Positions 1-13,800 of a stretch of DNA of 64,000 nucleotides are shown in pieces; position 1 is the stretch's first letter; each line of letters starts with the position of its first letter. The notes below the pieces were generated by a model. That model had not been told where the DNA came from and ran no database searches. It saw only the letters and a list, made by a program, of their open reading frames with translations. The stretch lies in the NCBI RefSeq assembly GCF_009914755.1, contig NC_060948.1; one strand, written 5' to 3'. The translations under genes and the position numbers were made by a program. This stretch comes from the human T2T-CHM13v2.0 reference genome, Homo sapiens.

Positions 1-14
1 CAATGGACTGGAAT

Positions 15-29
15 GGAACTTTCTTGAAT
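15..29. promoter_or_regulatory. Perfect heat-shock element motif gGAAc-tTTCt-tGAAt (recurs once per monomer, 19 copies)
   Basis: Three alternating nGAAn units seen at 15-29, 3554-3568 and so on to ~63550. Matches the canonical HSF trimer consensus. Function not demonstrated. Confidence 0.45.
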
Positions 30-1751
30 GGACTGGAATCAAACGGAATGGAATGTAATGCAATCAAATGGCATGGAATAAAATAGAATGAAAGAGAATC
101 AAATGGAATTGAATCGAATGGAATCGAATGGATTGGAAAGGAATAGAATGGAATGGAATGGAATTGACTCAAATGGAATGGACTAGAATGGAATGGATTC
201 GAATGGAAGGCAAAGGAATGGAATCTATTGGAATGGACTGTAATGGAATGGAATGGAAGGGATTGGAATGGACTCGAATGGAATGGACTGCAATAGAAAG
301 GATTCGAATGGAATGAAAAAGAATTGAATGGAATAGAACAGAATGGAATCAAATCGAATGAAATGGAATGGAATAGAAAGGAATGGAATGAAATGGAATG
401 GAAAGGATTCGAATGGAATGCAATCGAATGGACTGGAATCGAACGGAATGGAATAAAATGGAAGAAAACTGGCAAGAAATGGAATCGAAATGAATGGAGT
501 GTTATGGAACGGACTCAAAAGGAATTGAATGTAATAGAATGGAGTGGAGTGGACTCCAATATAATAGACTGGAATGAAATGAAATCACATGGAATGGGAA
601 CGAATGGAATGGAATGGAAAGGAATGGAATCGAATGGAAAGGAATCGAATGGAAGGGAATGAAATTGAATCAACAGGAATGGAAAGGAGTAGAATAGACG
701 GTAATGGAATGGGCTCGAATAGAATGGACACGAATGCTCAAATTAAATGGACTCGAATGGAATGGAAACGAAAGGAATGTCATCGAATGGAATTGAATCG
801 ATTGGAATGAAATCACATAGAATGGAGTGGAATCAAATGGAATTGAATCGAAAGGAAAGGAAGCGAATGGACTGAAATGAAATGGAATGGAATTGAATGG
901 AAATTAATGCAATGGAATAGAATGGAAAGAAATTTCACGGAATGGAATCAAACTGAATGGAATCAAATCAATGGAATATAATCAAATGGAATGGAAAGGA
1001 ATTGAATGGAGTAGATTGGATTGGATGGGATTGGAATGAAATGTACTGGAAAGGACTCGAATTTCATGAAACGGAATGGAATGAATTAGAACGGAATGGA
1101 CTCGAATGGAATGGAATATCACGGAATGGCATCAAATGGAATGGCATCAATTGGAATGGAATCGAATGCAATGGAATGCTATGGAATGGAATGGAATGCA
1201 TTGGAATGGAATGTCCTCTAATGGAATGGATTCGAGTGGAATGGAATCGAATATAATGGAGTCTAATGAAATGGAATTGAAAGGAATGGGATCCAATACA
1301 ATGGAATATACTGGAATGTAATGTAATGAACTCGAATGTAATTGACTGGAATGGAATGTACATGAATGGAATGTAATCGAATGGAAAGTAATCCAATGGA
1401 ATAGAATCTAATGCAATAAAATCGACTCAAGTAGAGTAGAATATAATGGAATGGAGTGCAGTGCAATGGAATGGAATGGAATGGAATGCAATGGAATGGA
1501 ATGGAATGGAATGGAATGGATTGTGATGGAATGGTATGGAATGGATAGTAATGGACTGGAGTGAAATGGACTGGAAAGGAATGGACTCAAATTGAAAGGG
1601 CTCGAAAGGAATGGAGTCAAATGGAATGGTCTGGAATGGAATGAACACGAATGTAATGCAATCCAATAGAATGGAATCGAATGGCATGGAATATAAAGAA
1701 ATGGAATCGAAGAGAATGGAAACAAATGGAATGGAATTGAATGGAATGGAA

Positions 1752-1905
1752 TTGAATGGAATGGGAACGAATGGAGTGAAATTGTATGCAGTAGAAGAGA
1801 ATAGAATGGAATGCAAGCGAAAGGAAAGGAATGGATTGGAATGGAATGGAATTCATTGGAATGGAAGGGAATGTAGTGTAATGGACAGGCCTGGAATAAA
1901 GTGGA
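1752..1905 (+). other. DYZ1 sexing PCR amplicon (Y1.2 to Y1.1 primer sites, 154 bp); homologous segment in every monomer
   Basis: TTGAATGGAATGGGAACGAATGG at 1752-1774 and GGACAGGCCTGGAATAAAGTGGA (reverse complement of TCCACTTTATTCCAGGCCTGTCC) at 1883-1905. Primer identity is from memory. Type C monomers have a mismatch in the Y1.1 site (ggcctgtaataaag) and type E monomers in the Y1.2 site (aatgagaacg). Confidence 0.8.
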
Positions 1906-2262
1906 ATGCTACGGTCTCGAATGGAATAAAAATGTATGGAATGGAATGCAATGAAACGGAATCGAATGTCATAGAATGTAATGGAATGCAAAAAAATGGA
2001 ATCCAAAATCATTGACTGGAAAGGCTGGGTGTCGAAAGGAATTGACTCCAATGGAATGGAATCGAATGGCATGGAAGTGAATAGAATGGAACTAAATCGA
2101 ATGGAATGGAATTGATAGGAACGGAATGGAAAGGAATGCAATGATTTGGCATGGAATGGAATCGAATGGCATCGAATGGAATGGAATGGAATGCAATGGA
2201 ATGGAATGTATTAGAATGTAATGAACTTTAATGGAATGTACTCGAATGGATTCGACTGGAAT

Positions 2263-2277
2263 GGAATGTTCTCGAAG
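2263..2277. promoter_or_regulatory. Perfect heat-shock element motif gGAAt-gTTCt-(c/g)GAAg (once per monomer, 18 copies)
   Basis: Seen at 2263-2277 and 5777-5791. The c/g variant falls at an 'n' position, so the motif is retained. Function not demonstrated. Confidence 0.45.
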
Positions 2278-4839
2278 TGAATGGACTCCAATGGAATGGA
2301 TTCGAAAGGAATGGAATCTAATGGAATGGAATTAAATGGAAATGAATCAAATTGAATAGAACGGAATTGAATTGAATGGAATCGAATGCAATGGAATCTA
2401 AAGAAAAGGAAAGGAAAGGAATGGAATGGATTGGAATGGAATGGGCTGGAATGGAATGGAATCGAAACGAATGGAATGGAATCGAACTGAAGAGACTGGA
2501 ATGGAATGCACTGGAATGGAAGGGAATGTAATGGAAGGTTCTCAAGAAAAATGGAATCGAAAGGAATGGAATTGAATGGAACGGAATAGAGTCGAATGGA
2601 ATTCAATGGAATGGAATGGACTAGAGTGAAATGGAATCGAACCACAAGGAATGGACAGGAATAGAATGGTCTCGAATTGAATGGAATCGTATGGAATGGC
2701 ATCAAACGGAATGGAATGGACAGCCACGGAATGGAATGCACTCGAATGCAATGGAGTCGACACTAACGGAGTGGAATAGAATGGACTCGACTGGTACGGA
2801 CTCCAATGGAATGGAATCGAATGGAAGGGTATCGAACGGAATGGACTCGAAGGGAAAAGACTGCAATGGAAAGGTCTCGAATGGAATGGAAATTAATGGA
2901 ATGGAATGGAATCGAATGAAATGGAGTCAAAAGGAATGGAATCGAATGGCAAGAAATCGAATGTAATGGAATCGCAAGGAATTGAAGTGAACGGAACGGA
3001 ATGCAATGGAATCCAAAGGAATGGAATAGAATGGAATGGAATCGAATGGAAAGGACTCGAATGGAAATCACTCGAATAGAATGCAATTTAATAAAATAGG
3101 ATCAAATGTAATGGAATGGAATGGAAAGGAATCGAAACGAAAGGAATGGAGACAGATGGAATGGAATGGAACAGAGAGCAATGGTATAGAATGGAATGGA
3201 ATCATCTGGAATGGAATTGAATGGAATGGAATAATATGAAATGGAATGGAATGGAATGGAATGCCCTTGAATTAAATGGACTGGAATGGAATGGACTCGA
3301 ACAGAGTGGAATGGAAAGTGTTGAAATAGAATGGAATGGACTCGTTTGGAATGGTCTAGTATGCAATGCAATCGACTGGCAGGGAATCAAAAGGAATGTA
3401 ATCGAATGGATTGGACTGGAATGCAATGGACTCGAATAGATTGGAAACGGAAAGCAAAGGAATGGAATGGAATAGTATGGAATGGAATGGAAAGGAATGG
3501 AGTGGAATAGACTAGAGTGGAATGGAATGGACTGGAAAGCAATGGACTGGAAAGGAACTTTCTTGAATGGACTGGAATCAAACGGAATGGAATGCAATGC
3601 AATCAAATGGCATGGAATAAAATAGAATGAAAGAGAATCAAATGGAATTGAATCGAATGGAATCGAATGGATTGGATAGGAATAGAATGGAATGGAACGG
3701 AATTGACTCAAATGGAATGGACTAGAATGGAATGGATTCGAATGGAAGGCAAATGAATGGAATCTATTGGAATGGACTGTAATGGAATGGAATGGAAGGG
3801 ATTGGAATGGACTCGAATGGAATGGACTGCAATAGAAAGGATTCGAATGGAATGAAAAAGAATTGAATGGAATAGAACAGAATGGAATCAAATCGAATGA
3901 AATGGAATGGAATAGAAAGGAATGGAATGAAATGGAATGGAAAGGATTCGAATGGAATGCAATCGAATGGAATGGAATCGAACGGAATGGAATAAAATGG
4001 AAGAAAACTGGCAAGAAATGGAATCGAAATGAATGGAGTGTTATGGAACGGACTCAAAAGGAATTGAATGTAATAGAATGGAGTGGAGTGGACTCGAATA
4101 TAATGGACTGGAATGGAATGAAATCACATGGAATGGGAACGAATGGAATGGAATGGAAAGGAATGGAATCGAATGGAAAGGAATCGAACGGAAGGGAATG
4201 AAATTGAATCAACAGGAATGGAAGGGAGTAGAATAGACGGTAATGGAATGGACTCGAATAGAATGGACACGAATGCTCAAATTGAATGGACTCGAATGGA
4301 ATGGAAACGAAAGGAATGTCATCGAATGGAATTGAATCGATTGGAATGAAATCGCAAAGAATGGAGTGGAATCAAATGGAATTGAATCGAAAGGAAAGGA
4401 AGCGAATGGACTGAAATGAAATGGAATGGAATTGAATGGAAAGTAATGCAATGGAATAGAATGCAACGAAATTTCACGGAATGGAATCAAACTGAATGGA
4501 ATCAAATCAATGGAATATAATCAAATGGAATGGAAAGGAATTGAATGGAGTAGATTGGATTGGATGGGATTGGAATGAAATGTACTGGAAAGGACTCGAA
4601 ATTCATGAAACGGAATGGAATGAACTGGAACGGAATGGAATCGAATGGAATGGAATGTCATGGAATGGCATCAAATGGAATGGAATCGAATGCAATGGAA
4701 TGCTATGGAATGGAATGGAATGCATAGGAATGGAATGTCCTCTAATGGAATGTATTCGAGTGGAATGGAATCGAATATAATGGAGTCTAATGAAATGGAA
4801 TTGAAAGGAATGGGACCGAATACAATGGAATAAACTGGA

Positions 4840-7800
4840 ATGTAATGTAATGAACTCGAATGTAATTGACTGGAATGGAATGTACATGAATGGAATGTAA
4901 TCGAATGGAAAGCAATCCAATGGAATAGAATCTAATGCAATAAAATCGACTCAAATAGAGTAGAATGTAATGGAATGGAGTGCAGTGCAATGGAATGGAA
5001 TGGAATGCAACGGAATGGAATGGAATGGAATGGAATGGGATGGAATGGTATGGAATGGATAGTAATGGACTGGAGTGAAATGGACTGGAAAAGAATGGAC
5101 TCAAATTGAAAGGGCTCGAAAGGAATGGAGTCAAATGGAATGGTCTGGAATGGAATGAACACGAATGTAATGCAATCCAATAGAATGGAATCGAATGGCA
5201 TGGAATATAAAGAAATGGAATCGAAGAGAATGGAAACAAATGGAATGGAATTGAATGGAATGGAATTGAATGGAATGGGAACGAATGGAGTGAAATTGTA
5301 TGCAGTAGAAGAGAATAGAATGGAATGCAAGCGAAAGGAAAGGAATGGATTGGAATGGAATGGAATTCATTGGAATGGAAGGGAATGTAGTGTAATGGAC
5401 AGGCCTGGAATAAAGTGGAATGCTACGGTCTCGAATGGAATAAAAATGTATGGAATGGAATGCAATGAAACGGAATCGAATGTCATAGAATGTAATGGAA
5501 TGCAAAAAAATGGACTCCAAAATCATTGACTGGAAAGGCTGGGTGTCGAAAGGAATTGACTCCAATGGAATGGAATCGAATGGAATGGAAGTGAATAGAA
5601 TCGAACTAAATCGAATGGAATGGAATTGATAGGAACGGAATGGAAAGGAATGCAATGATTTGGCATGGAATGGAATCGAAAGGCATCGAATGGAATGGAA
5701 TGGAATGCAATGGAATGGAATGTATTAGAATGTAATGAACATTAATGGAAAGTACTCGAATGGATTCGACTGGAATGGAATGTTCTGGAAGTGAATGGAC
5801 TCCAATGGAATGGATTCGAAAGGAATGGAATCGAACGGAATGGAATTAAACGGAAATGAATCAAATAGAATAGAACGGAATTGAATTGAATGGAATCGAA
5901 TGCAATGGAATCTAATGAAACGGAAAGGAATGGAATGGAATGGGCTGGAATGGAATGGAATCGAAACGAATGGAATGGAATCGAACTGAAGAGACTGGAA
6001 TGGAATGCACTGGAATGGAAGGGAATGTAATGGAAGGTTCTCGAAAAAAATGGAATCGAAAGGAATGGAATTGAATGGAACGGAATAGAGTCGAATGGAA
6101 TTCAATGGAATGGAATGGACTAGAGTGAAATGGAATCGAACCACAAGGAATGGACAGGAATAGAATGGTCTCGAATTGAATGGAATCGTATGGAATGGCA
6201 TCAAACGGAATGGAATGGACGGCCACGGAATGGAATGCACTCGAATGCAATGGAGTCGAAACTAATGGACTGGAATAGAATGGACTCGACTGGTACGGAC
6301 TCCAATGGAATGGAATCGAATGGAAGGGAATCGAACGGAAGGGAATCGAACGGAATGGACTCGAAGGGAAAAGACTGCAATGGAAAGGTCTCGAATGGAA
6401 TGGAAATTAATGGAATGGAATGGAATCGAATGAAATGGAGTCAAAAGGAATGGAATCGAATGGCAAGAAATCGAATGTAATGGAATCGCAAGGAATTGAT
6501 GTGAACGGAACGGAATGGAATGGAATCCAAAGGAATGGAATAGAATGGAATGGAATCGAATGGAAAGGACTCGAATGGAAATCACTCGAATAGAATGCAA
6601 TTTAATAAAATAGGATCAAATGTAATGGAATGGAATGGAAAGGAATCGAAACGAAAGGAATGGAGACAGATGGAATGGAATGGAACAGAGAGCAATGGTA
6701 TAGAATGGAATGGAATCATCTGGAATGGAATTGAATGGAATGGAATAATATGAAATGGAATGGAATGGAATGGAATGTCCTTGAATTAAATGGACTGGAA
6801 TGGAATGGACTCGAACAGAGTGGAATGGAAAGTGTTGAAATAGCATGGAATGGACTCGTTTGGAATGGTGTAGTATGCAATGCAATCGACTGGCAGGGAA
6901 TCAAAAGGAATGTAATCGAATGGATTGGACTGGAATGCAATGGACTCGAATAGATTGGAAACGGAATGCAAAGGAATGGAATGGAATAGTATGGAATGGA
7001 ATGGAAAGGAATGGAGTGGAATAGACTAGAGTGGAATGGAGTGGACTCGAAAGCTATGGACTGGAATGGAACTTTCTTGAATGGACTGGAATCAAACGGA
7101 ATGGAATGCAATGCAATCAAATGGCATGGAATAAAATGGAATGAAAGAGAATCAAACGGAATTGAATCGAATGGAATCGAATGGATTGGAAAGGAATAGA
7201 ATGGAATGGAATGGAATTGACTCAAATGGAATGGACTAGAATGGAATGGATTCGAATGGAAGGCAAAGGAATGGAATCTATTGGAATGGACTGTAATGGA
7301 ATGGAATGGAAGGGATTGGAATGGACTCGAATGGAATGGACTGCAATAGAAAGGATTCGAATGGAATGAAAAAGAATTGAATGGAATAGAACAGAATGGA
7401 ATCAAACCTCATGAAATAGAATGGAATAGAAAGGAATGGAATGAAATCGAATGGAAAGGATTCGAATGGAATGCAATCGAATGGAATGCAATCGAATGGA
7501 ATGGAATCGAACGGAATGGAATAAAATGGAAGAAAACTGGCAAGAAATGGAATCGAAATGAATGGAGTGTTAAGGAACGGACTCAAAAGGAATTGAATGT
7601 AATAGAATGGAGTGGAGTGGACTCGAATATAATGGACTGGAATGGAATGAAATCACATGGAATGGGAACGAATGGAATGGAATGGAAAGGAATGGAATCG
7701 AATGGAAAGGAATCGAATGGAAGGGAATGAAATTGAATCAACAGGAATGGAAGGGAATAGAATAGACGGTAATGGAATGGACTCGAATAGAATGGACACG

Positions 7801-10800
7801 AATGCTCAAATTGAATGGACTCGAATGGAATGGAAATGAAAGGAATGTCATCGAATGCAATTCAATCGATTGGAATGAAATCGCATAGGATGGAGTGGAA
7901 TCAAATGGAATTGAATCGAAAGGAAAAGAAGCGAATTGACTGAAATGAAATGGAATGGAATTGAATGGAAAGTAATGCAACGGAATAGAATGGATTGAAA
8001 TTTCACGGAATGGAATCAAACTGAATGGAATCAAATCAATGGAATATAATCAAATGGAATGGAAAGGAATAGAATGGAGTAGATTGTATTGGATGGGATT
8101 GGAATGAAATGTACTGGAAAGGACTCGAATTTCATGAAACGGAATGGAATGTATTAGAACGGAATGGACTCGAATGGAATTGAATGTCACGGAATGGCAT
8201 CAAATGGAATGGCATCAATTGGAATGGAATCGAATGCAATGGAATGCTATGGAATGGAATGGAATGCATTGGAATGGAATGTCCTCTAATGGAATGGATT
8301 CGAGTGGAATGGAATCGAATATAATGGAGTCTAATGAAATGGAATTGAAAGGAATGGGATCCAATACAATGGAATATACTGGAATGTAATGTAATGAACT
8401 CGAATGTAATTGACTGGAATGGAATGTACATGAGTGGAATGTAATCGAATGGAAAGTAATCCAATGGAATAGAATCTAATGCAATAAAATCGACTCAAAT
8501 AGAGTAGAATGTAATGGAATGGAGTGCAGTGCAATGGAATGGAATGGAATGGGATGGAATGGTATGGAATGGATAGTAATGGACTGGAGTGAAATGGACT
8601 GGAAAATAATGGACTCAAATTGAAAGGGCTCGAAAGGAATGGAGTCAAATGGAATGGTCTGGAATGGAATGAACACGAATGTAATGCAATCCAATAGAAT
8701 GGAATCGAATGGCATGGAATATAAAGAAATGGAATCGAAGAGAATGGAAACAAATGGAATGGAATTGAATGGAATGGAATTGAATGGAATGGGAACGAAT
8801 GGAGTGAAATTGTATGCAGTAGAAGAGAATAGAATGGAATGCAAGCGAAAGGAAAGGAATGGATTGGAATGGAATGGAATTCATTGGAATGGAAGGGAAT
8901 GTAGTGTAATGGACAGGCCTGTAATAAAGTGGAATGCTACGGTCTCGAATGGAATAAAAATGTATGGAATGGAATGCAATGAAACGGAATCGAATGTCAT
9001 AGAAGTAATGGAATGCAAAAAAATGGACTCCAAAATCATTGACTGGAAAGGCTGGGTGTCGAAAGGAATTTACTCCAATGGAATGGAATCGAATGGAATG
9101 GAAGTGAATAGAATCGAACTAAATCGAATGGAATGGAATTGATAGGAACGGAATGGAAAGGAATGCAATGATTTCGCATGGAATGGAATCGAATGGCATC
9201 GAATGGAATGGAATGGAATGCAATGGAATGGAATGTATTAAAATGTAATGAACTTTAATGGAATGTACTCGAATGGATTCGACTGGAATGGAATGTTCTC
9301 GAAGTGAATGGACTCCAATGGAATGGATTCGAAAGGAATGGAATCTAATGGAATGGAATTAAATGGAAATGAATCAAATTGAATAGAACGGAATTGAATT
9401 GAATGGAATCGAATGCAATGGAATCTAATGAAACGGAAAGGAAAGGAATGGAATGGAATGGAATGGAATGGGCTGGAATGGAATGGAATCGAAACGAATG
9501 GAATGGAATCGAACTGAAGAGACTGGAATGGAATACACTGGAATGGAAGGGAATGTAATGGAAGGTTCTCGAAAAAATGTAATTGAAAGGAATGGAATTG
9601 AGTGGAACGGAATAGAGTCGAATGGAATTCAATGGAATGGAATGGACTAGAGTGAAATGGAATCGAACCACAAGGAATGGACAGGAATAGAATGGTCTCG
9701 AATTGAATGGAATCGTATGGAATGGCATCAAACGGAATGGAATGGACAGCCACGGAATGGAATGCACTCGAATGCAATGGAGTCGAAACTAATGGACTGG
9801 AATAGAATGGACTCGACTGGTACGGACTCCAATGGAATGGAATCGAATGGAAGGGAATCGAACGGAATGGACTCGAAGGGAAAAGACTGCAATGGAAAGG
9901 TCTCGAATGGAATGGAAATTAATGGAATGGAATGGAATCGAATGAAATGGAGTCAAAAGGAATGGAATCGAATGGCAAGAAATCGGATGTAATGGAATCG
10001 CAAGGAATTGATGTGAACGGAACGGAATGGAATGGAATCCAAAGGAATGGAATAGAATGGAATGGAATCGAATGGAAAGGACTCGAATGGAAATCACTCG
10101 AATAGAATGCAATTTAATAAAATAGGATCAAATGTAATGGAATGGAATGGAAAGGAATCAAAACGAAAGGAATGGAGACAGATGGAATGGAATGGAACAG
10201 AGAGCAATGGTATAGAATGGAATGGAATCATCTGGAATGGAATTGAATGGAATGGAATAACATGAAATGGACTGGAATGGAATGGAATGCCCTTGAATTA
10301 AATGGACTGGAATGGAATGGACTCGAACAGAGTGGAATGGAAAGTGTTGAAATAGAATGGAATGGACTCGTTTGGAATGGTCTAGTATGCAATGCAATCG
10401 ACTGGCAGGGAATCAAAAGGAATGTAATCGAATGGATTGGACTGGAATGCAATGGACTCGAATAGATTGGAAACGGAATGCAAAGGAATGGAATGGAATA
10501 GTATGGAATGGAATGGAAAGGAATGGAGTGGAATAGACTAGAGTGGAATGGAATGGACTCGAAAGCAATGGACTGGAATGGAACTTTCTTGAATGGACTG
10601 GAATCAAACGGAATGGAATGTAATGCAATCAAATGGCATGGAATAAAATAGAATGAAAGAGAATCAAATGGAATTGAATCGAATGGAATCGAATGGATTG
10701 GAAAGGAATAGAATGGAATGGAATGGAATTGACTCAAATGGAATGGACTAGAATGGAATGGATTCGAATGGAAGGCAAAGGAATGGAATCTATTGGAATG

Positions 10801-13800
10801 GACTGTAATGGAATGGAATGGAAGGGATTGGAATGGACTCGAATGGAATGGACTGCAATAGAAAGGATTCGAATGGAATGAAAAAGAATTGAATGGAATA
10901 GAACAGAATGGAATCAAATCGAATGAAATGGAATGGAATAGAAAGGAATGGAATGAAATGGAATGGAAAGGATTCGAATGGAATGCAATCGAATGGACTG
11001 GAATCGAACGGAATGGAATAAAATGGAAGAAAACTGGCAAGAAATGGAATCGAAATGAATGGAGTGTTATGGAACGGACTCAAAAGGAATTGAATGTAAT
11101 AGAATGGAGTGGAGTGGACTCCAATATAATAGACTGGAATGGAATGAAATCACATGGAATGGGAACGAATGGAATGGAATGGAAAGGAATGGAATCGAAT
11201 GGAAAGGAATCGAATGGAAGGGAATGAAATTGAATCAACAGGAATGGAAAGGAGTAGAATAGACGGTAATGGAATGGGCTCGAATAGAATGGACACGAAT
11301 GCTCAAATTAAATGGACTCGAATGGAATGGAAACGAAAGGAATGTCATCGAATGGAATTGAATCGATTGGAATGAAATCACATAGAATGGAGTGGAATCA
11401 AATGGAATTGAATCGAAAGGAAAGGAAGCGAATGGACTGAAATGAAATGGAATGGAATTGAATGGAAATTAATGCAATGGAATAGAATGGAAAGAAATTT
11501 CACGGAATGGAATCAAACTGAATGGAATCAAATCAATGGAATATAATCAAATGGAATGGAAAGGAATTGAATGGAGTAGATTGGATTGGATGGGATTGGA
11601 ATGAAATGTACTGGAAAGGACTCGAATTTCATGAAACGGAATGGAATGAATTAGAACGGAATGGACTCGAATGGAATGGAATATCACGGAATGGCATCAA
11701 ATGGAATGGCATCAATTGGAATGGAATCGAATGCAATGGAATGCTATGGAATGGAATGGAATGCATTGGAATGGAATGTCCTCTAATGGAATGGATTCGA
11801 GTGGAATGGAATCGAATATAATGGAGTCTAATGAAATTGAATTGAAAGGAATGGGATCCAATACAATGGAATATACTGGAATGTAATGTAATGAACTCGA
11901 ATGTAATTGACTGGAATGGAATGTACATGAATGGAATGTAATCGAATGGAAAGTAATCCAATGGAATAGAATCTAATGCAATAAAATCGACTCAAGTAGA
12001 GTAGAATATAATGGAATGGAGTGCAGTGCAATGGAATGGAATGGAATGGAATGCAATGGAATGGAATGGAATGGAATGGAATGGAATGGAATGGGATGGA
12101 ATGGTATGGAATGGATAGTAATAGACTGGAGTGAAATGGACTGGAAAGGAATGGACTCAAATTGAAAGGGCTCGAAAGGAATGGAGTCAAATGGAATGGT
12201 CTGGAATGGAATGAACACGAATGTAATGCAATCCAATAGAATGGAATCGAATGGCATGGAATGTAAAGAAATGGAATCGAAGAGAATGGAAACAAATGGA
12301 ATGGAATTGAATGGAATGGAATTGAATGGAATGGGAACGAATGGAGTGAAATTGTATGCAGTAGAAGAGAATAGAATGGAATGCAAGCGAAAGGAAAGGA
12401 ATGGATTGGAATGGAATGGAATTCATTGGAATGGAAGGGAATGTAGTGTAATGGACAGGCCTGGAATAAAGTGGAATGCTACGGTCTCGAATGGAATAAA
12501 AATGTATGGAATGGAATGCAATGAAACGGAATCGAATGTCATAGAATGTAATGGAATGCAAAAAAATGGAATCCAAAATCATTGACTGGAAAGGCTGGGT
12601 GTCGAAAGGAATTGACTCCAATGGAATGGAATCGAATGGCATGGAAGTGAATAGAATGGAACTAAATCGAATGGAATGGAATTGATAGGAACGGAATGGA
12701 AAGGAATGCAATGATTTGGCATGGAATGGAATCGAATGGCATCGAATGGAATGGAATGGAATGCAATGGAATGGAATGTATTAGAATGTAATGAACTTTA
12801 ATGGAATGTACTCGAATGGATTCGACTGGAATGGAATGTTCTCGAAGTGAATGGACTCCAATGGAATGGATTCGAAAGGAATGGAATCTAATGGAATGGA
12901 ATTAAATGGAAATGAATCAAATTGAATAGAACGGAATTGAATTGAATGGAATCGAATGCAATGGAATCTAATGAAAAGGAAAGGAAAGGAATGGAATGGA
13001 TTGGAATGGAATGGGCTGGAATGGAATGGAATCGAAACGAATGGAATGGAATCGAACTGAAGAGACTGGAATGGAATGCACTGGAATGGAAGGGAATGTA
13101 ATGGAAGGTTCTCAAGAAAAATGGAATCGAAAGGAATGGAATTGAATGGAACGGAATAGAGTCGAATGGAATTCAATGGAATGGAATGGACTAGAGTGAA
13201 ATGGAATCGAACCACAAGGAATGGACAGGAATAGAATGGTCTCGAATTGAATGGAATCGTATGGAATGGCATCAAACGGAATGGAATGGACAGCCACGGA
13301 ATGGAATGCACTCGAATGCAATGGAGTCGACACTAACGGAGTGGAATAGAATGGACTCGACTGGTACGGACTCCAATGGAATGGAATCGAATGGAAGGGT
13401 ATCGAACGGAATGGACTCGAAGGGAAAAGACTGCAATGGAAAGGTCTCGAATGGAATGGAAATTAATGGAATGGAATGGAATCGAATGAAATGGAGTCAA
13501 AAGGAATGGAATCGAATGGCAAGAAATCGAATGTAATGGAATCGCAAGGAATTGAAGTGAACGGAACGGAATGCAATGGAATCCAAAGGAATGGAATAGA
13601 ATGGAATGGAATCGAATGGAAAGGACTCGAATGGAAATCACTCGAATAGAATGCAATTTAATAAAATAGGATCAAATGTAATGGAATGGAATGGAAAGGA
13701 ATCGAAACGAAAGGAATGGAGACAGATGGAATGGAATGGAACAGAGAGCAATGGTATAGAATGGAATGGAATCATCTGGAATGGAATTGAATGGAATGGA

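Noticed and set aside
960-970. DUX4-like motif GAATCAAATCA
   Set aside because: Mismatches the TAAYBBAATCA consensus at two positions and is expected by chance in this background.
925-1070. Additional partial HSEs (gaaatttcacgg; ttcatgaa)
   Set aside because: Only two units in register, so not counted as perfect elements.
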